NCBI RefSeq assembly: GCF_006345805.1
Contig: NW_021833734.1
Coordinates: 1 to 64,000, forward strand
Direction: 5' to 3'
Length of the DNA stretch: 64,000 bases
DNA from: Octopus sinensis
Lineage: Eukaryota
In this document: piece by piece, positions 39,409-52,165 of the stretch
Position numbering within the stretch: the first letter of the stretch is position 1
Layout: every line of letters begins with the position of its first letter
Notes under the pieces: model-generated
Told to the model about the DNA's origin: nothing
Database searches by the model: none
What the model saw: the letters and a program-made list of their open reading frames with translations, nothing else
Translations under genes and position numbers: made by a program

Positions 39409-41350
39409 AGAGAGAGAGTTAGTTTAGATGAGATGCAGTTTGGGTTCGTGCCAGGGAAAAGCACCACTGATGCTATATTCCTGGTAAGGCAGCTGCAGGA
39501 GAAATACCTAGCCAAAGATAAGCCCCTGTACCTGGCTTTCGTTGACATGGAGAAAGCCTTTGATAGGGTCCCCCGATCCCTCATCTGGTGGTCAATGAGG
39601 AAACTAGGAATAGATGAATGGCTGGTGAGGGCTGTGCAAGCCATGTACAGAGATGCCGTAAGTAAGGTTAGGGTTGGCAACATGTACACAGAGAAATTCA
39701 AAGTAGAGGTTGGGGTCCACCAGGGTTCAGTACTCAGCCCCTCCTATTTATCATAGTCCTCCAGGCAATTGTGGAGGAATTCAAGACAGGTTGCCCCTGG
39801 GAGCTCCTCTATGCTGACGACCTCGCTCTAATTGCTGAGTCACTATCAGAACTGGAGGAGAAGTTCCAGATGTGGAAGGAGGGTTTAGAATCGAGGGGCC
39901 TTAGAGTCAACCTAGCTAAAACCAAAGTAGTAATAAGTAGAAAGGTAGACAATCCACAAATGTCCTCAGGAAGATGGCCCTGCTCGATCTGTAGAAAAGG
40001 TGTTGGTAGAAACTCTATAAGATGTACCCAGTGTAAGCTATGGACTCATAAGAGGTGCAGCAATGTCAAAGGTAGGCTAACTGGGAAGATAGTTTTTGTA
40101 TGTGGCAGATGCTCGGGAGCATTGACCTCCGAAGATCTGCAGAAAACAACTTCCGTCACTTTGCAAGGGGAAAAATTAGAAGTAGTTGATAGCTTCCGTT
40201 ATCTAGGTGACCAAGTCAGTAGTGGGGGTGGGTGCGCTGAGAGTGTAACTGCTAGAATAAGAATAGCCTGGGCAAAGTTTAGGGAGCTCTTACCTCAGCT
40301 GGTGACTAAAGGCCTCTCGCTCAGAGTAAAGGGCAGACTGTATGATGCATGTGTACGAACTGCCATGCTACATGGCAGTGAAACATGGGCCGTGACTGCT
40401 GAGGACATGCGTAAGCTCATGAGGAATGAAGCCAGTATGCTCCGATGGATGTGTAATGTCAGTGTACTTACTCGACAGAGCGTTAGTTCCTTGAGAGAAA
40501 TGTTGCACCTAAGAAGCATCAGTTGTTGTGTGCAAGAGAGACGATTGCGCTGGTATGGTCATGTGGCGAGAATGGATGAAGATAGGTGTGTGAGAAAGTG
40601 CCAATCCCTAGCAGTTGAGGGAACCCGTGGAAGAGGTAGACCCAGGAAAACCTGGGATGAGGTGGTGAAGCACGACCTTCGAACGTTAGGTCTCACCATG
40701 GAAATGACTAGAGACCGAGACCTATGGAAGTATGCTGTGCGTGAGAAGACCCGGCAAGACTAGTGAAGCCATAACCCATGGCCACTACCTGGGACGTAGT
40801 CAGTCCACCTGTGCATACCTTCCTGCTTGTGATACTTGTGAAGACCTGTTGAGGCAAGTGAAAGTGAAATCGAATCAACTCAAATAGATGAACATCAATG
40901 GAATTTGTATCCTTGTGGTACCAGTGCCGGTGGCACACAAGAAAACCATCCGAACGGGACCGTAGCCAGTACCGCATCGACTGGCCCCGTAACAAACACC
41001 ATCCGATCGTAGCCGTTCGCCAGCCTTGTCTGGCACCTGTGTCGGTGGCACATAAAAAACACCATCCGAGCGTGGACATCTGCCAGCCTCGTCTGGCACC
41101 TGTGTTGGTGGCACATAAAAAACACCATTCGAGCGTGACCGTCTGCCAGCCTCGCCTGGCACCTGTGTCGGTGGTACATAAAATCACCCACTACACTCTC
41201 GCAGTGGTTGGCGTTAGGAAGGGCATCCAGCTGTAGAAACACTGCCAGATCTGACTGGCCTGGTGCAGCCTTCGGGCTTGCCAGACCCCAGTTGAACCGT
41301 CCAACCCATGCTAGCATGGAAAGCGGACGTTGAACGATGATGATGATGAT
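39409..41350 (+). mobile_element. RTE-clade LINE, 5'-truncated (RT domain, 3' UTR, (GAT)n tail)
   Basis: QFGFVPGKSTTDAIF, FVDMEKAFDRV, GVHQGSVLSP, LYADDL. One frameshift near 39745. ORF stop at 40763. Confidence 0.92.
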
Positions 41351-41524
41351 ATAGGTGCAGGAGTGGCTGTGTGGTAAGTAGCTTGCTTAGCAGCCACATG
41401 GTTCCGGGTTCAGTCCCACTGCGTGGTATCTTGGGCAAGTGTCTTCTGCTATAGCCTCGGGCTGACCAATGCCTTGTGAGTGGATTTGGTAGACGGAAAC
41501 TGAAAGAAGCCTGTCGTATATATG

Positions 41525-41582
<58 letters not shown>

Positions 41583-41966
41583 TGTGTCTGTGTTTGTCCC
41601 CACAACATCGCTTGATAACCAATGCTGGTGTGTTTACGTCCCCGTCACTTAGCAGTTCGGCAAAAGAGACCGATAGAATAAGTACTGGGCTTACAAAGAA
41701 TAAGTCCCAGGGTCAATTTGCTCGACTAAAGGCAGTGCTCCAGCACGGCCGCAGTCAAATGACTGAAACAAGTAAAAGAGTAAAGAGAGCAAGATTTCAA
41801 AGTTCTAGCATCCCTCCTTCATAGTAAGCCTATAAACCTTTTAGACCAGCCTCATAGCCATTTCCCTGAATGATTTATCATATACATCCAGCATATTTTT
41901 GAGCTTAGCTGAGGTACATCTTTCAGCAAATGACTCACCACAGACATCACAATGAAATGGCTTCTT

Positions 41967-42327
41967 TCAAGTGTGAATACGTTTGTGTCTAGTTAACTTC
42001 CTTCCTACAGAGAAAGACTGACCGCAGATATCACAGTGATAAGGTCTCTCTCCAGTGTGAATGTGCCTGTGTGTAATTAAGTGGTCATTTCGAGAGAATG
42101 ATTGACCACAGATATCACACTGATAAGGTTTCTCTCCCGTATGAATGCGTTGGTGTTGTGTTAAGATATGACTTTGAGAGAATGATTTATCACAGATATC
42201 ACACTGATAAGGTTTCTCTCCCGTATGAATGCGTTGGTGTTGTGTTAAGATATGACTTTGAGAGAATGATTTATCACAGATATCACACTGATAAGGTTTC
42301 TCTCCCGTATGAATGCGTGGTGTTTTG
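41967..42327 (-). pseudogene. Frameshifted continuation of ZNF-H (4 more fingers)
   Basis: Track ORF 41967..42368 contains [13 protein letters not shown] x2, RNDHLITH and VGRKLTRH fingers. Confidence 0.75.
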
Positions 42328-43398
42328 TTAGATATGACTTTGAGAGAATGATTTATCACAGATATCACACTGATAAGGTTTCTCTCCCGTATGAATGCGT
42401 TGGTGTTTTGTTAAGATATGACTTTGAGAGAATGATTTATCACAGATATCACACTGATAAGGTTTCTCCCCTGTGTGAATACGTTTGTGCTTAGTTAGGG
42501 AACGTCCCTCAGCATATGACTGACCACAGACGTCACAATGAAAAGGCTTCTCTCCAGTATGAACACGTTTGTGCCTGGTCAATGTACTCCCTTCAGAGAA
42601 CGACTGACCACAGATAACGCACTGATATGGTTTCTCTCCTGTATGAATGTGTCTGTGATTAGTTAAGACAAAATTCTGAGAGAAGGATTTACCACAGATG
42701 TCACAGTCATATGGTTTTTCACCTGTATGAACGTGTTTGTGTTTACTTAAGTAATTAGGCTGAGAGAATGATTTGCCACAGGTATCACAGTGAAATGGCT
42801 TCTCACCTGTATGAATACGTTTGTGCTTAGTTAAGTGATCGGACTGAGAGAAGGATTTACTACAGGTATCACACTGATAAGGTTTCTCACCTGTATGGAT
42901 GCGTTTGTGCTTAGTTAAGGTCCCTCCATCACAGAATGACTGGCCACAGAAAACACACTGATATGGTCTCTCTCCTGTATGAATGCGTATATGTGTAGTC
43001 AAGCCATGATTTTGAGAGAATGATTTACCACAGACATCACAGCGATATGGTCTCCCTCCTGTATGAATGCGTTTGTGAGTAGTTAAGTGGTAATTCTGAG
43101 TGAATGATTTACCACAGATATCACAGTGGTAGGGCCTCTCCCCTGTATGAATACGCTTGTGGGCAGTTAAGTGTTTATTTTGAGATAATGATTTTCCACA
43201 GATATCACAGCGATATGGTTTCTCTCCTGTATGACTACGTTTGTGAATCGTGAGGCTTTCTTTCCGAGTAAATGACTTTTTACAGATATCACAGTTGTGA
43301 GATGTTTTTCCTCTATCTTTTGGCACCTCCTCAATAAAGTCAAGACTTTCCGTCAGCATTTTACATTTCACATTGTCCTCACACAATTCACTTTCCAT
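42328..43398 (-). CDS. C2H2 zinc-finger protein ZNF-H, 356 aa as assembled (11 full fingers; 16 if the frameshift is repaired)
   Basis: [14 protein letters not shown]... Acceptor at 43680. Finger 12 carries two 1-nt deletions (~42318, ~42330). Confidence 0.85.
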   Translation of the reverse strand: MESELCEDNVKCKMLTESLDFIEEVPKDRGKTSHNCDICKKSFTRKESLTIHKRSHTGEKPYRCDICGKSLSQNKHLTAHKRIHTGERPYHCDICGKSFTQNYHLTTHKRIHTGGRPYRCDVCGKSFSQNHGLTTHIRIHTGERPYQCVFCGQSFCDGGTLTKHKRIHTGEKPYQCDTCSKSFSQSDHLTKHKRIHTGEKPFHCDTCGKSFSQPNYLSKHKHVHTGEKPYDCDICGKSFSQNFVLTNHRHIHTGEKPYQCVICGQSFSEGSTLTRHKRVHTGEKPFHCDVCGQSYAEGRSLTKHKRIHTGEKPYQCDICDKSFSQSHILTKHQRIHTGEKPYQCDICDKSFSQSHI

Positions 43399-45098
43399 AA
43401 TCTATATTTTCTCACCACAATATGCAGATGTTTACACACTTCATTCCTATAAAATTTCTTATCTTGGTCAATATCTGCAGAAGCTGCCAGCTCTTTTGTA
43501 ATCCAAGGTTAATAGGAATGCAAAATCCTCATTGAAGAAGAAATATTGCTGCAGTCGCAAGAAATATTTCACACAAAATTTACCTTCTTTCTATAAACAG
43601 GGATCTCTTTGTTCTGTGTCACAGCTTTGTTTAATCTTTCAAAAATGATAAATCCTTTAATCCAATGTTATCCCGTAATCTGAAATAAGAGAGAAACAAC
43701 AGAAATTACAGAGGATACTTGATAAAACAACAGAGACTACACAGTGGAAGATTTTACATGTTATATTCATGGCTATGGGAAGATATTTTTTTCATCTTTC
43801 ACTTGTTTGACTGTGGCCATGCTGGGGCACAGCATTGAAGGGTTTAGATACACAAACCAACACTAATACTTAGTTTTTTAAGAGACTCTATTAGTCTCTG
43901 GCAAAACTGCTAGGTCAGAAGGATGTAAACAAACCTACTCCAGTTGTGATGCACTCATGGGGGACAAGTGCAACAGAAATACTCACACACACACACATGT
44001 AATGAAAGGGACTTCCTAAATCACAAAAGCAACAGAAATACATACATCAACATCATTTAACCCTTTCGTTACAGTATTTATTTTGAGATGCTCTTAAATA
44101 TAACAAAGAATTTAGTAAAATAACTTCGTTATCATTAAGCTAGTGTTAGGAACATAAATTGTGGCTAAGGTTTGGTGGAAGATTTTAATTCAGAACTTAT
44201 GAAAACAAGACATTTGTACTCAGAACCAGAGCCGGTTTCAGCCGGGTTGGTAACGAAAGGGTTAATGTCTGCTTTCCATACTGGCATGGGTCAGACAGTT
44301 TGACCGGAGCCGATGAGCCGGAGAGCTACACCAGGTTCCCGTGTGATTTGGCATGGTTTCTACGGCTGGATGCCCTTCCTAACACCAACCACCCCAGGTG
44401 TGTAGTGGGTGCTTTTATACACTACCGGCAAGGGTGCCGTTTACATGACACCGGCAACAACCAGGACTACGATTCATGGCAATGACTATGATGCAAGGGT
44501 GTCGTTTACACGGCACTAGCGGCACCCACGATGACTCATGAGTCCTATTTCCATGACTCTGGCGACCACTATGACTCACAGGTGCAATTTACATGGCACT
44601 TGCACTGACCACGATTCCCAGGTGCCAATGTACGTGGCACCATCAATGACCATGGCTATGATGCACAGGTGCCATTTACACAGCACTAGCATTCATCATC
44701 ATCATCGTTTAACGTCCGTTTTCCATGCTAGCACGGGTTGGACGGTTCGACCGGGGTCTGGGAAGCCAGGAGGCTGCACCAGGCTCCAGTCTGATCTGGC
44801 AGTGTTTCTACAGCTGGATGCCAAGAGGGGCATAAAACCTGCTTCCAGGAGATACCCCTCTTTAATGAGAGGCCCACCTCCGCCATTTACAAAGTCATCC
44901 CTCAACATCCTACTGGGGTAAAATGAATTGAAGGCACAATGAGTTTTTGGGACCCTACACACTTAAAAAGTATACAAGAAGCCTTTTTGGTAAAAAAAAA
45001 AAATACATATTTTCTGACAAAAAGATTTGAGGGAGATATGGCTGTTGTTTCTAGCATATCCTATGACTGGTAAGGTTTCGGATTGATAAAAATAATTT

Positions 45099-46548
45099 GG
45101 TACTTGTCTATTGTCGTGGTCCCGGTTTCGCACACGCGAATTCGCGCGCGCCAGACGTAGGTACTCGGTACTCGAGATCCTACGAGGTGACTTGCGCATG
45201 CGCGTTAACCCCCCCCCTAAAAAAAAAGGTGTTGGATTTCACTAAAAATATATGTGTGTGTGTGTGTGTGTGTATATATAACATTTTCAATTTTACACAA
45301 AAAAATTACATAGTCGCTTTCCTCGCGGATTTACAGATAAATGAATTAATTACTATTTTACAGAATAAAATTAATGAATTAATTATATAAATTAAATAAT
45401 TCTTGAAAATTAATTAATATTAATAATATTTTTGAACAAAGTAAATAATTTATAAAACTTGGTTAATAATTTTTTTTACACAAACGCGAACGTATATAAT
45501 TTGTGAAACTTTTTTTTTTTTTTACAGACGTAATAATTGGTAAACTTAATGAATTAATTTCTTCTCATCATCATCATCGTTTAACGTCCGTTCTCCATGC
45601 CAGCATGGGTTGGACGGTTCGACCGGGGATCTGGGAAGCCAGAAAGCTGCACCAGACTCCAGTCTTATCTGGCAATGTTTCTACAGCTGGATGCCCTTCC
45701 TAACGCCAACCACTCCGAGAGTGTAGTGGGTGCTTTTTACATGCCACCCGCACAGGTGCCAGGCGAGGCTGGCAACGGCCACGGTCGGATTGGTGCCAGT
45801 CGAGGCGGCTCTGGCATCGGCCACGATTCGGATAGTGCTTTTTACGTACCACCAGTCCAGGGGTCCTGGCATTTGCCGGGTGTCACACTTGCCCCAACAT
45901 GTCTTCGCAAGCAAAGGGGGTTGGCATGGGTGCCTTGTCGTGGGATGAGGTTCGATATCAACTTCGCTTGCCTCAACAGGTCTTGTGTATAAATGTATAA
46001 ATTTTCGCACTAAATTCTTTCCGTAGAATTTATCAAAAAACGCGCAAAATTATTCCGTAGAATTTATCAAATTAAAAAACGCAAAATTAATATATTTTTT
46101 GAAATTGCAAATTATTTAGAATATAAAACAAATGAAGTTAAATTTTAAAAATAAATGTCATATACTTATACTCTGTAAGGTGCTGTGTTCACACTTCAAT
46201 TTACTATTTTCTAGAAATGTTGCTTTTCTAATTGAAACAATTTTTCTCAATCTCCATTTAAAAGTCCATAATGTCTCTTGAGCCATATCAAAATGAACAA
46301 CTTTGAATTACGCGGCGGCGGTGGTGGTGTGAGGTTCTAATTTTTTTGTGTAAAATTGAAAATGTTATATATACACACACATATATATTTTTAGTGAAAT
46401 CCAACACCTTTTTTTTAGGGGGGGGCGTTTATGCACTGCGCATGCGCAAGTCACCTCGTAGGATCTCGAGTATCGAGTACCTACGTCTGGCGCGCGCGCG
46501 CGCGAATTCGCGTGTGCGAAACCGGGACCATGACAATAAACAAGTACC
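45099..46548. mobile_element. Non-autonomous Mutator-like (MULE) DNA transposon with a nested RTE tail
   Basis: ~210-bp TIRs beginning GGTACTTG. Identical 9-bp flanking duplication AAATAATTT at 45090-45098 and 46549-46557. Confidence 0.8.
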
Positions 46549-47094
46549 AAATAATTTCTTAATAGCATAAATGGGTTTATGCTACTGATGGGGAGAATAT
46601 ATTGAAAAACATCAGAGTGAGAAAGACACGAGGAGGTCATGAGATATGCTAGACACAGCAGCCAAATCGCCATTCAATACGAGATCTACCGCGCACTATC
46701 TGTAGTCTATGCTGTGAAATGACCTCATCTGTTTTTCTCAATTTTCATCCTATGAATGTATTACTGGGATTAGGATTAGGGCTGGATTGAGCTTTTCCCC
46801 AGTCACACCTTCATCGTATTTGCTAGAAAGTAGTGAGAAAAGATGCTGCCGATTCGTTTGTGGGTTTCCTCAAAGAAATACGAAGCATCATCGTTAAAGG
46901 ATTCAAGTGTAAATTCTGTCAGCAGTTCCGTCGGTCATTAAGAATAAATAATTATTCAATATTATTCAACTTGATTTTATAATCGTGCAGTATAAATGGT
47001 TGTGGTGGAAGTAGACGGCACACAAAAGTGACATAGAATTAATTGGCGGCCCGAAATGAGTGTAGAGCGAAATAGTTCGATATTTTGGTCTTAC

Positions 47095-47560
47095 CTCGGT
47101 CTTAATCAGTCGTTTTTCCTCTGCCAGGTCGTGTCAGGACGTCGACGAAGAACAAGAGAAACGACAGAACCTAATTTACAACTCAAATAAACAGACATTC
47201 GCTTTCCGTTTACCAAAAGAGGAGGAGGAGGAAGAAACAAGGTTCGAACCCGCTTCGTTTCTCTCTAAATTACAAAAAAAAAAAAAACCACGCCTTCTTC
47301 TGCTCCAGCCACATCTTCCGGGTCCGCCTGGTGACGTCACGTCCGCTTTCCCTATCAAACAATCAATGTCCCCCGATGCGGTTTCGATTCCCGGACCGGG
47401 CGATGCGTTGTGTTTATTAAGCAAAACACTTCGGATCTTTTTAGCCCCTTGGATAGGAGAATGGAAGAAGCACCCGCGTACAAGGCGAAAGACTACGCCC
47501 GTGTAGCCAGCAGCCTGGGAGAAGCAACTTCTGCTCAATGTTCTTGCTATTTGTGAGTAA
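47095..47560. promoter_or_regulatory. CpG-rich putative bidirectional promoter
   Basis: GTGACGTCAC palindrome 47331-40 and CTTCCGG. Minus-strand donor GAG|GTAAGA at 47094 and plus-strand donor GTGAGT at 47553. Confidence 0.5.
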
Positions 47561-48889
47561 ATCTAAGAAGAAAAAAAAACAGAACCAAAGCCTTAAAATT
47601 GTGATACCTGTGCAGGTGGCACGTAAAAAGTATTCCCGGATTACTGTAAGCCAGGTAAGAGATCCGGCACGTACGATCGATCGATAGATAGGTGTGGATA
47701 TCTTACCCGTTATGCTTTACAAATCAATATTTAGCGTGAAAATATATTTACTCACATCAAAATCTCCGTGAAGACATACAAAAACACGTTATGGTTCTTC
47801 TGCCGATTCCAGAGACAGCAGAGAAAGGTTCCCGCTGGATGCGATCGAAGAGGGACAAAAATCGACTTCGAAACTCTTTGAAGACAAAATTTTTGCGTCT
47901 TTAGCGCAAAGGGAAGTAACTCTGGGCATGTCTTTCTGGTGGCATTGACCTTTCACTGCCACAAGAACCTATTTCTTTTACTACCCCCAAGGGGCCAAAC
48001 GCAGAGAGGACAAACAAGGATAGACGAACGGATTAAGTCGATTATATCGACCCCAGTGCCGTAACTGGTACTTATTTCTTTATTTCTACTTCTATATAAA
48101 TAAGTTTAACAGGGTGCCAGGGAGTCTTTCCGGATCTTTTCCGTTTGACCGGCAGTTTTTTAAAATAATTTCCACGTAACTAAAAACTTTTAAACTTCGT
48201 ATTCTGGTAGAATGTGTTTATAAAACATCATTTTCTCTTGGCTTTATTGAGAAAATTCTATATTTTGTAAGATATTTATTGCTGTTTTTTCTTTAATTTC
48301 TGCAATTTCAACCAATCAATGACCTCTATTGAGGTGAAAACATCCTGTGCCGTATGAATATGTCCCTCGTTTAAGAAACAGATTGGGTTTATTTACATTT
48401 GTGAAGAAAAAAAGATACCCTTCCCCCGGGTCGTCTAAAACCTTGTCACTAGACTCGCATGATGGAATCTTTGTAGAAGCCTTTTTGTGTATGGTGCAGC
48501 CTTCCAGCTCGCCATTCCTCTTCAAACCGTCGAACCCATGCCAGCAGTAGGGTTAGGGTTAAATTATGATATTTATATATTGGAAATATTTCAGTGGTAT
48601 TTACTTCATTGACCACCAAAAACGAATTTGAACTCAACGTAAAACGGTCAAAATACCGCCAAGGATTTCGTCCAACGAGCAAACGGTTCTGCCAGCTCGC
48701 CAACTGAAGTAACCTTAATCACCATGAAGTATAAACTATGTCTTTTTCAACATTACCAGCAAGGCCGCTGCTGACAATAATGAAGATTCGTTTATCATAG
48801 CGAGATGCTAACCACAGTAACCATGGTGATTGGCATCAAACTATTGCAAGTTCCCGCTTTATGATAACATTCTTGGTTTTATTCATTAG

Positions 48890-49200
48890 AGAGCGTTGGG
48901 TTTATTGTTGTCACATGACACACCGTACTTCCGTTTCTTCTGCAACCTGCTTCAATGGACAGAAGAACAGAAAAGGGTTTTTCGTTGTCTTCACGGAGAT
49001 TTTGATGTGAGTAAATATATTTTCACTCTAAATATTGATTTGTGTAGCATAACAAGTAAGATATACACACCTATCTATCGATCGATCGTACGTGCCGGAT
49101 CTCTTACCTGGCTTCCAGAAATCCGGCAATACTTATACCGTGTATTGAGTATTCGGTTCCGCCCTTCCCGTCTCGGAATTTCTCCGTCGTGGCAGGGAGT
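48890..49200 (+). promoter_or_regulatory. Putative promoter/first-exon module of ZNF-I
   Basis: GTCACATGAC 48910-19, ACTTCCG 48927-33, donors at 49007 (GTGAGT) and 49056 (GTAAGA). Orientation flips together with ZNF-I. Confidence 0.62.
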
Positions 49201-49220
49201 TTTCCGATATTTTTTTCTTT

Positions 49221-49258
<38 letters not shown>

Positions 49259-50035
49259 TTTTTCGTTTCTTACACACAGTCCTATTCCACCAGTTTTCCC
49301 CTTTTCCTAACCAATTTCGGTCCATTTTCTGGGCATGATGCACTTGGAAAAAAGTAGGAGAAACCTTTTTGGTAAAAAAAGAATTAAAAGTAGATATTTT
49401 CAGAAGTAAAGGTGTGTGATTTAATGGTGATTTGGCTGTTATGTCTAGCATATCCCATAACCACATTCCCCGATTCTTTCTCACTCAGGCAAGTTTACAG
49501 ATTTTTAGATTCCACCCAATGTTATTTGATGTCATTTGTTAATCAATGTAGAAATGTTGTAACACTTCCAATTTGATCTCTCCTCTCTATCTAAATACTG
49601 TTTCTTTATTATTTCAGATTCACAGATGACATTGGCACAAAACGACTTTTGTACATTGGATACATCTGGAATATTTACCATGTTTTCTTGAAGACGAAAT
49701 GAAAACGTTTTAGAGAACAGATATAATAACCCAACTGCTATAAATCCAAGATTGAATTACTGTGAAATATTTGCCCTGAGCAACAATTCATAGCAACATT
49801 TCTCCATCTCCTTACCTGGTGCTTTTGCATTCTAATTAAACTTGAATATATTTACAAAGGAGTTTGCAGCCTCTTTAGATATCAATAAAAGAGCAGTGGA
49901 AATACTTCTAAGAAATAAACTATAACAAGAAGAAGAAGAAGGAAATTACATGCTGAGGTGAGAGAAGAAAGATAAGGGGAAAATTTAATACTGTGAGAAA
50001 CTTTAACGGTTGGGTCTATTTTGTCTCTTGGAGAA

Positions 50036-50821
50036 ATGTCAAAAGAATTAGGGAAATCACGATATTCTTGTGAAATCTGTGGTAAGTCATTCTCTGTATG
50101 TAGTAATGTGATTAAACACATTCGTGTTCATACAGGTGAGAAGCCATTTCACTGTGATACCTGTGGTAAATCATTCTCTCAAAACAATCACTTAACTAAA
50201 CATAAACGTGTTCATACAGGTGAGAGACCATTTCACTGTGAAATCTGCGGTAAAGCATTCTCTCAGACCAGTGACTTAACGAACCACAAACGTATTCATA
50301 CAGGTGAGAAGCCATATCACTGTGTTACCTGTGGGAAATCATTCTCTCAAAACAGTGCTTTAACTAAACACAAACGTATTCATACGGGAGAGAAACCCTA
50401 TCACTGTGATGTCTGTGGCAAGGCATTCTCTGCAAATAGTAACTTAACCAGTCACAAGCATATTCATACAGGGGAGAGACCATATCATTGTGACATCTGT
50501 GGTAAATCCTTTTCTGCAAGTAGTACATTAAGTACACACAAACGCTTTCATTCAGGAGATAGACAAAACTACTGTGATATCTGTGGTAAATCATTCTTTG
50601 GAATTAGTGACTTGACTAAACACAAACGTACTCATTCTGGGGAGAAACCATATCATTGTGTTATCTGTGGTAAATCATTCTCTGCAAACAGTACCTTAAC
50701 TCAGCACAAACGTGTTCATACAGGGGAGAAGCCATATCACTGTGATATTTGCGGTCTCTCATTCTCTCAAAATAGTCACCTAACTAAACACAAATTTATA
50801 CATACAGGAGAGAAACCATAA
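50036..50821 (+). CDS. C2H2 zinc-finger protein ZNF-I, 261 aa, 9 fingers; inverted relative to the cluster
   Basis: ATG at 50036 (MSKELGK). Stop TAA in place of TAT after TGEKP, followed by a degenerate finger. Acceptor at 49617. Confidence 0.88.
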   Translation: MSKELGKSRYSCEICGKSFSVCSNVIKHIRVHTGEKPFHCDTCGKSFSQNNHLTKHKRVHTGERPFHCEICGKAFSQTSDLTNHKRIHTGEKPYHCVTCGKSFSQNSALTKHKRIHTGEKPYHCDVCGKAFSANSNLTSHKHIHTGERPYHCDICGKSFSASSTLSTHKRFHSGDRQNYCDICGKSFFGISDLTKHKRTHSGEKPYHCVICGKSFSANSTLTQHKRVHTGEKPYHCDICGLSFSQNSHLTKHKFIHTGEKP

Positions 50822-52165
50822 CACTGTGATATCCGTTGGAAATCATTCTCTGTGTGGAAGGGCTTAACTAGTGACAAACATATTCAAAAGACAAGGAAAT
50901 CTTGTTCCTTACACTATCAACAAGAAGCACAAGTTTGCGGATAAACCATTTCTCGAATCTAGGAAGTGTTTCATGAAAAAGTATCAACCTAGGGGCCTTA
51001 CCAAGGAAGAGAAGCTGGATATTCTCTGTGTAGAAGTGAAATTTTATCATAAACATGTGGTGCTGCACAGTAATAAGAGACCTGGGTGAATGAAGAAGAA
51101 TGCAAATGCCATGAATTGTATTATGAATGCCCTCGATTGATGCAAGAAGCTCTGCAATGACATCTGGACCCAATTTGTTGAGACTGGAGAAGTTTCAGAG
51201 CAGAAGTTGACTGGAAATGGAAATCCAAAATCTTCAGTAAATCCTGATCTTCATCTAAATCTTAATTTGGTGATTCAATCCTGTTGCTCTTTAAATATTT
51301 ACAGAGATTTTTTTTCTCTGAAGGATATATATATATATATATATGTATATATATGTGTGTGTAAAAGTAAAAAAATATACAAACTGGGACAAGAACGTGA
51401 AACATTTAGAAGACGACACAAAAAACAACGACGGGACTTTCGAAGCCCTCAGTCATCAGTCAAGAACCGGATCATCTTTGCAATTTCGGCTGATTAATAT
51501 ATATATATATTCTTTTTTCCCCAAGACCTTAGAACCCCCTTGGAGTCAGCATCCTGTCCAGCAGACCCCAAAAAATTCTTTTCTTCTTCTTCCCTCTCCC
51601 TTCCCCTCTTTTTCTTTATCACTCATCCCAAAATACAAAAACACACACACACATGCTCTCTCTCTCACTTTCTCCTCATCCTTCTCACCCTCTTGTACTG
51701 TCTTATATTCCTCCCCACCACTACAAACTCAATACCACTATAAAATGGTCCAAACTCTTCAGCCAGGAACTTAGTTTGATTTGAAAACCCCACTGGAATG
51801 GGAGAAAGCGCTAATACATGATCTAAGTTATATGATGTATAAAAACATGTAATATAGAAATAAATATCTGTAAATATAAACCATCCGATTTTCTGAGTAC
51901 CTCATTTCTTCTAATATAAAATACCTGTACATCATCTCCAAACCTTCCAATATATATATATATATATACCACTTATAGTGTTTAGAAGACCTTGTAAATT
52001 CTGTGATGGTGTTAATACATGGGACCAATGCCAAGACAAACATTCATCTCAGTGGAGTCCCCTCCTTTCCCCTGGACTGTCCCTTATTAGGGTGTGTATT
52101 ATGTCTTCTCCCCCACATGTTACATTACTCCCCACCACTACACCTCATCATCCACTACAATCCCT

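Noticed and set aside
39265-41500. SINE A heads on both sides of the RTE as a ~140-bp target-site duplication
   Set aside because: They share some variants but differ at several positions; independent insertions are equally likely.
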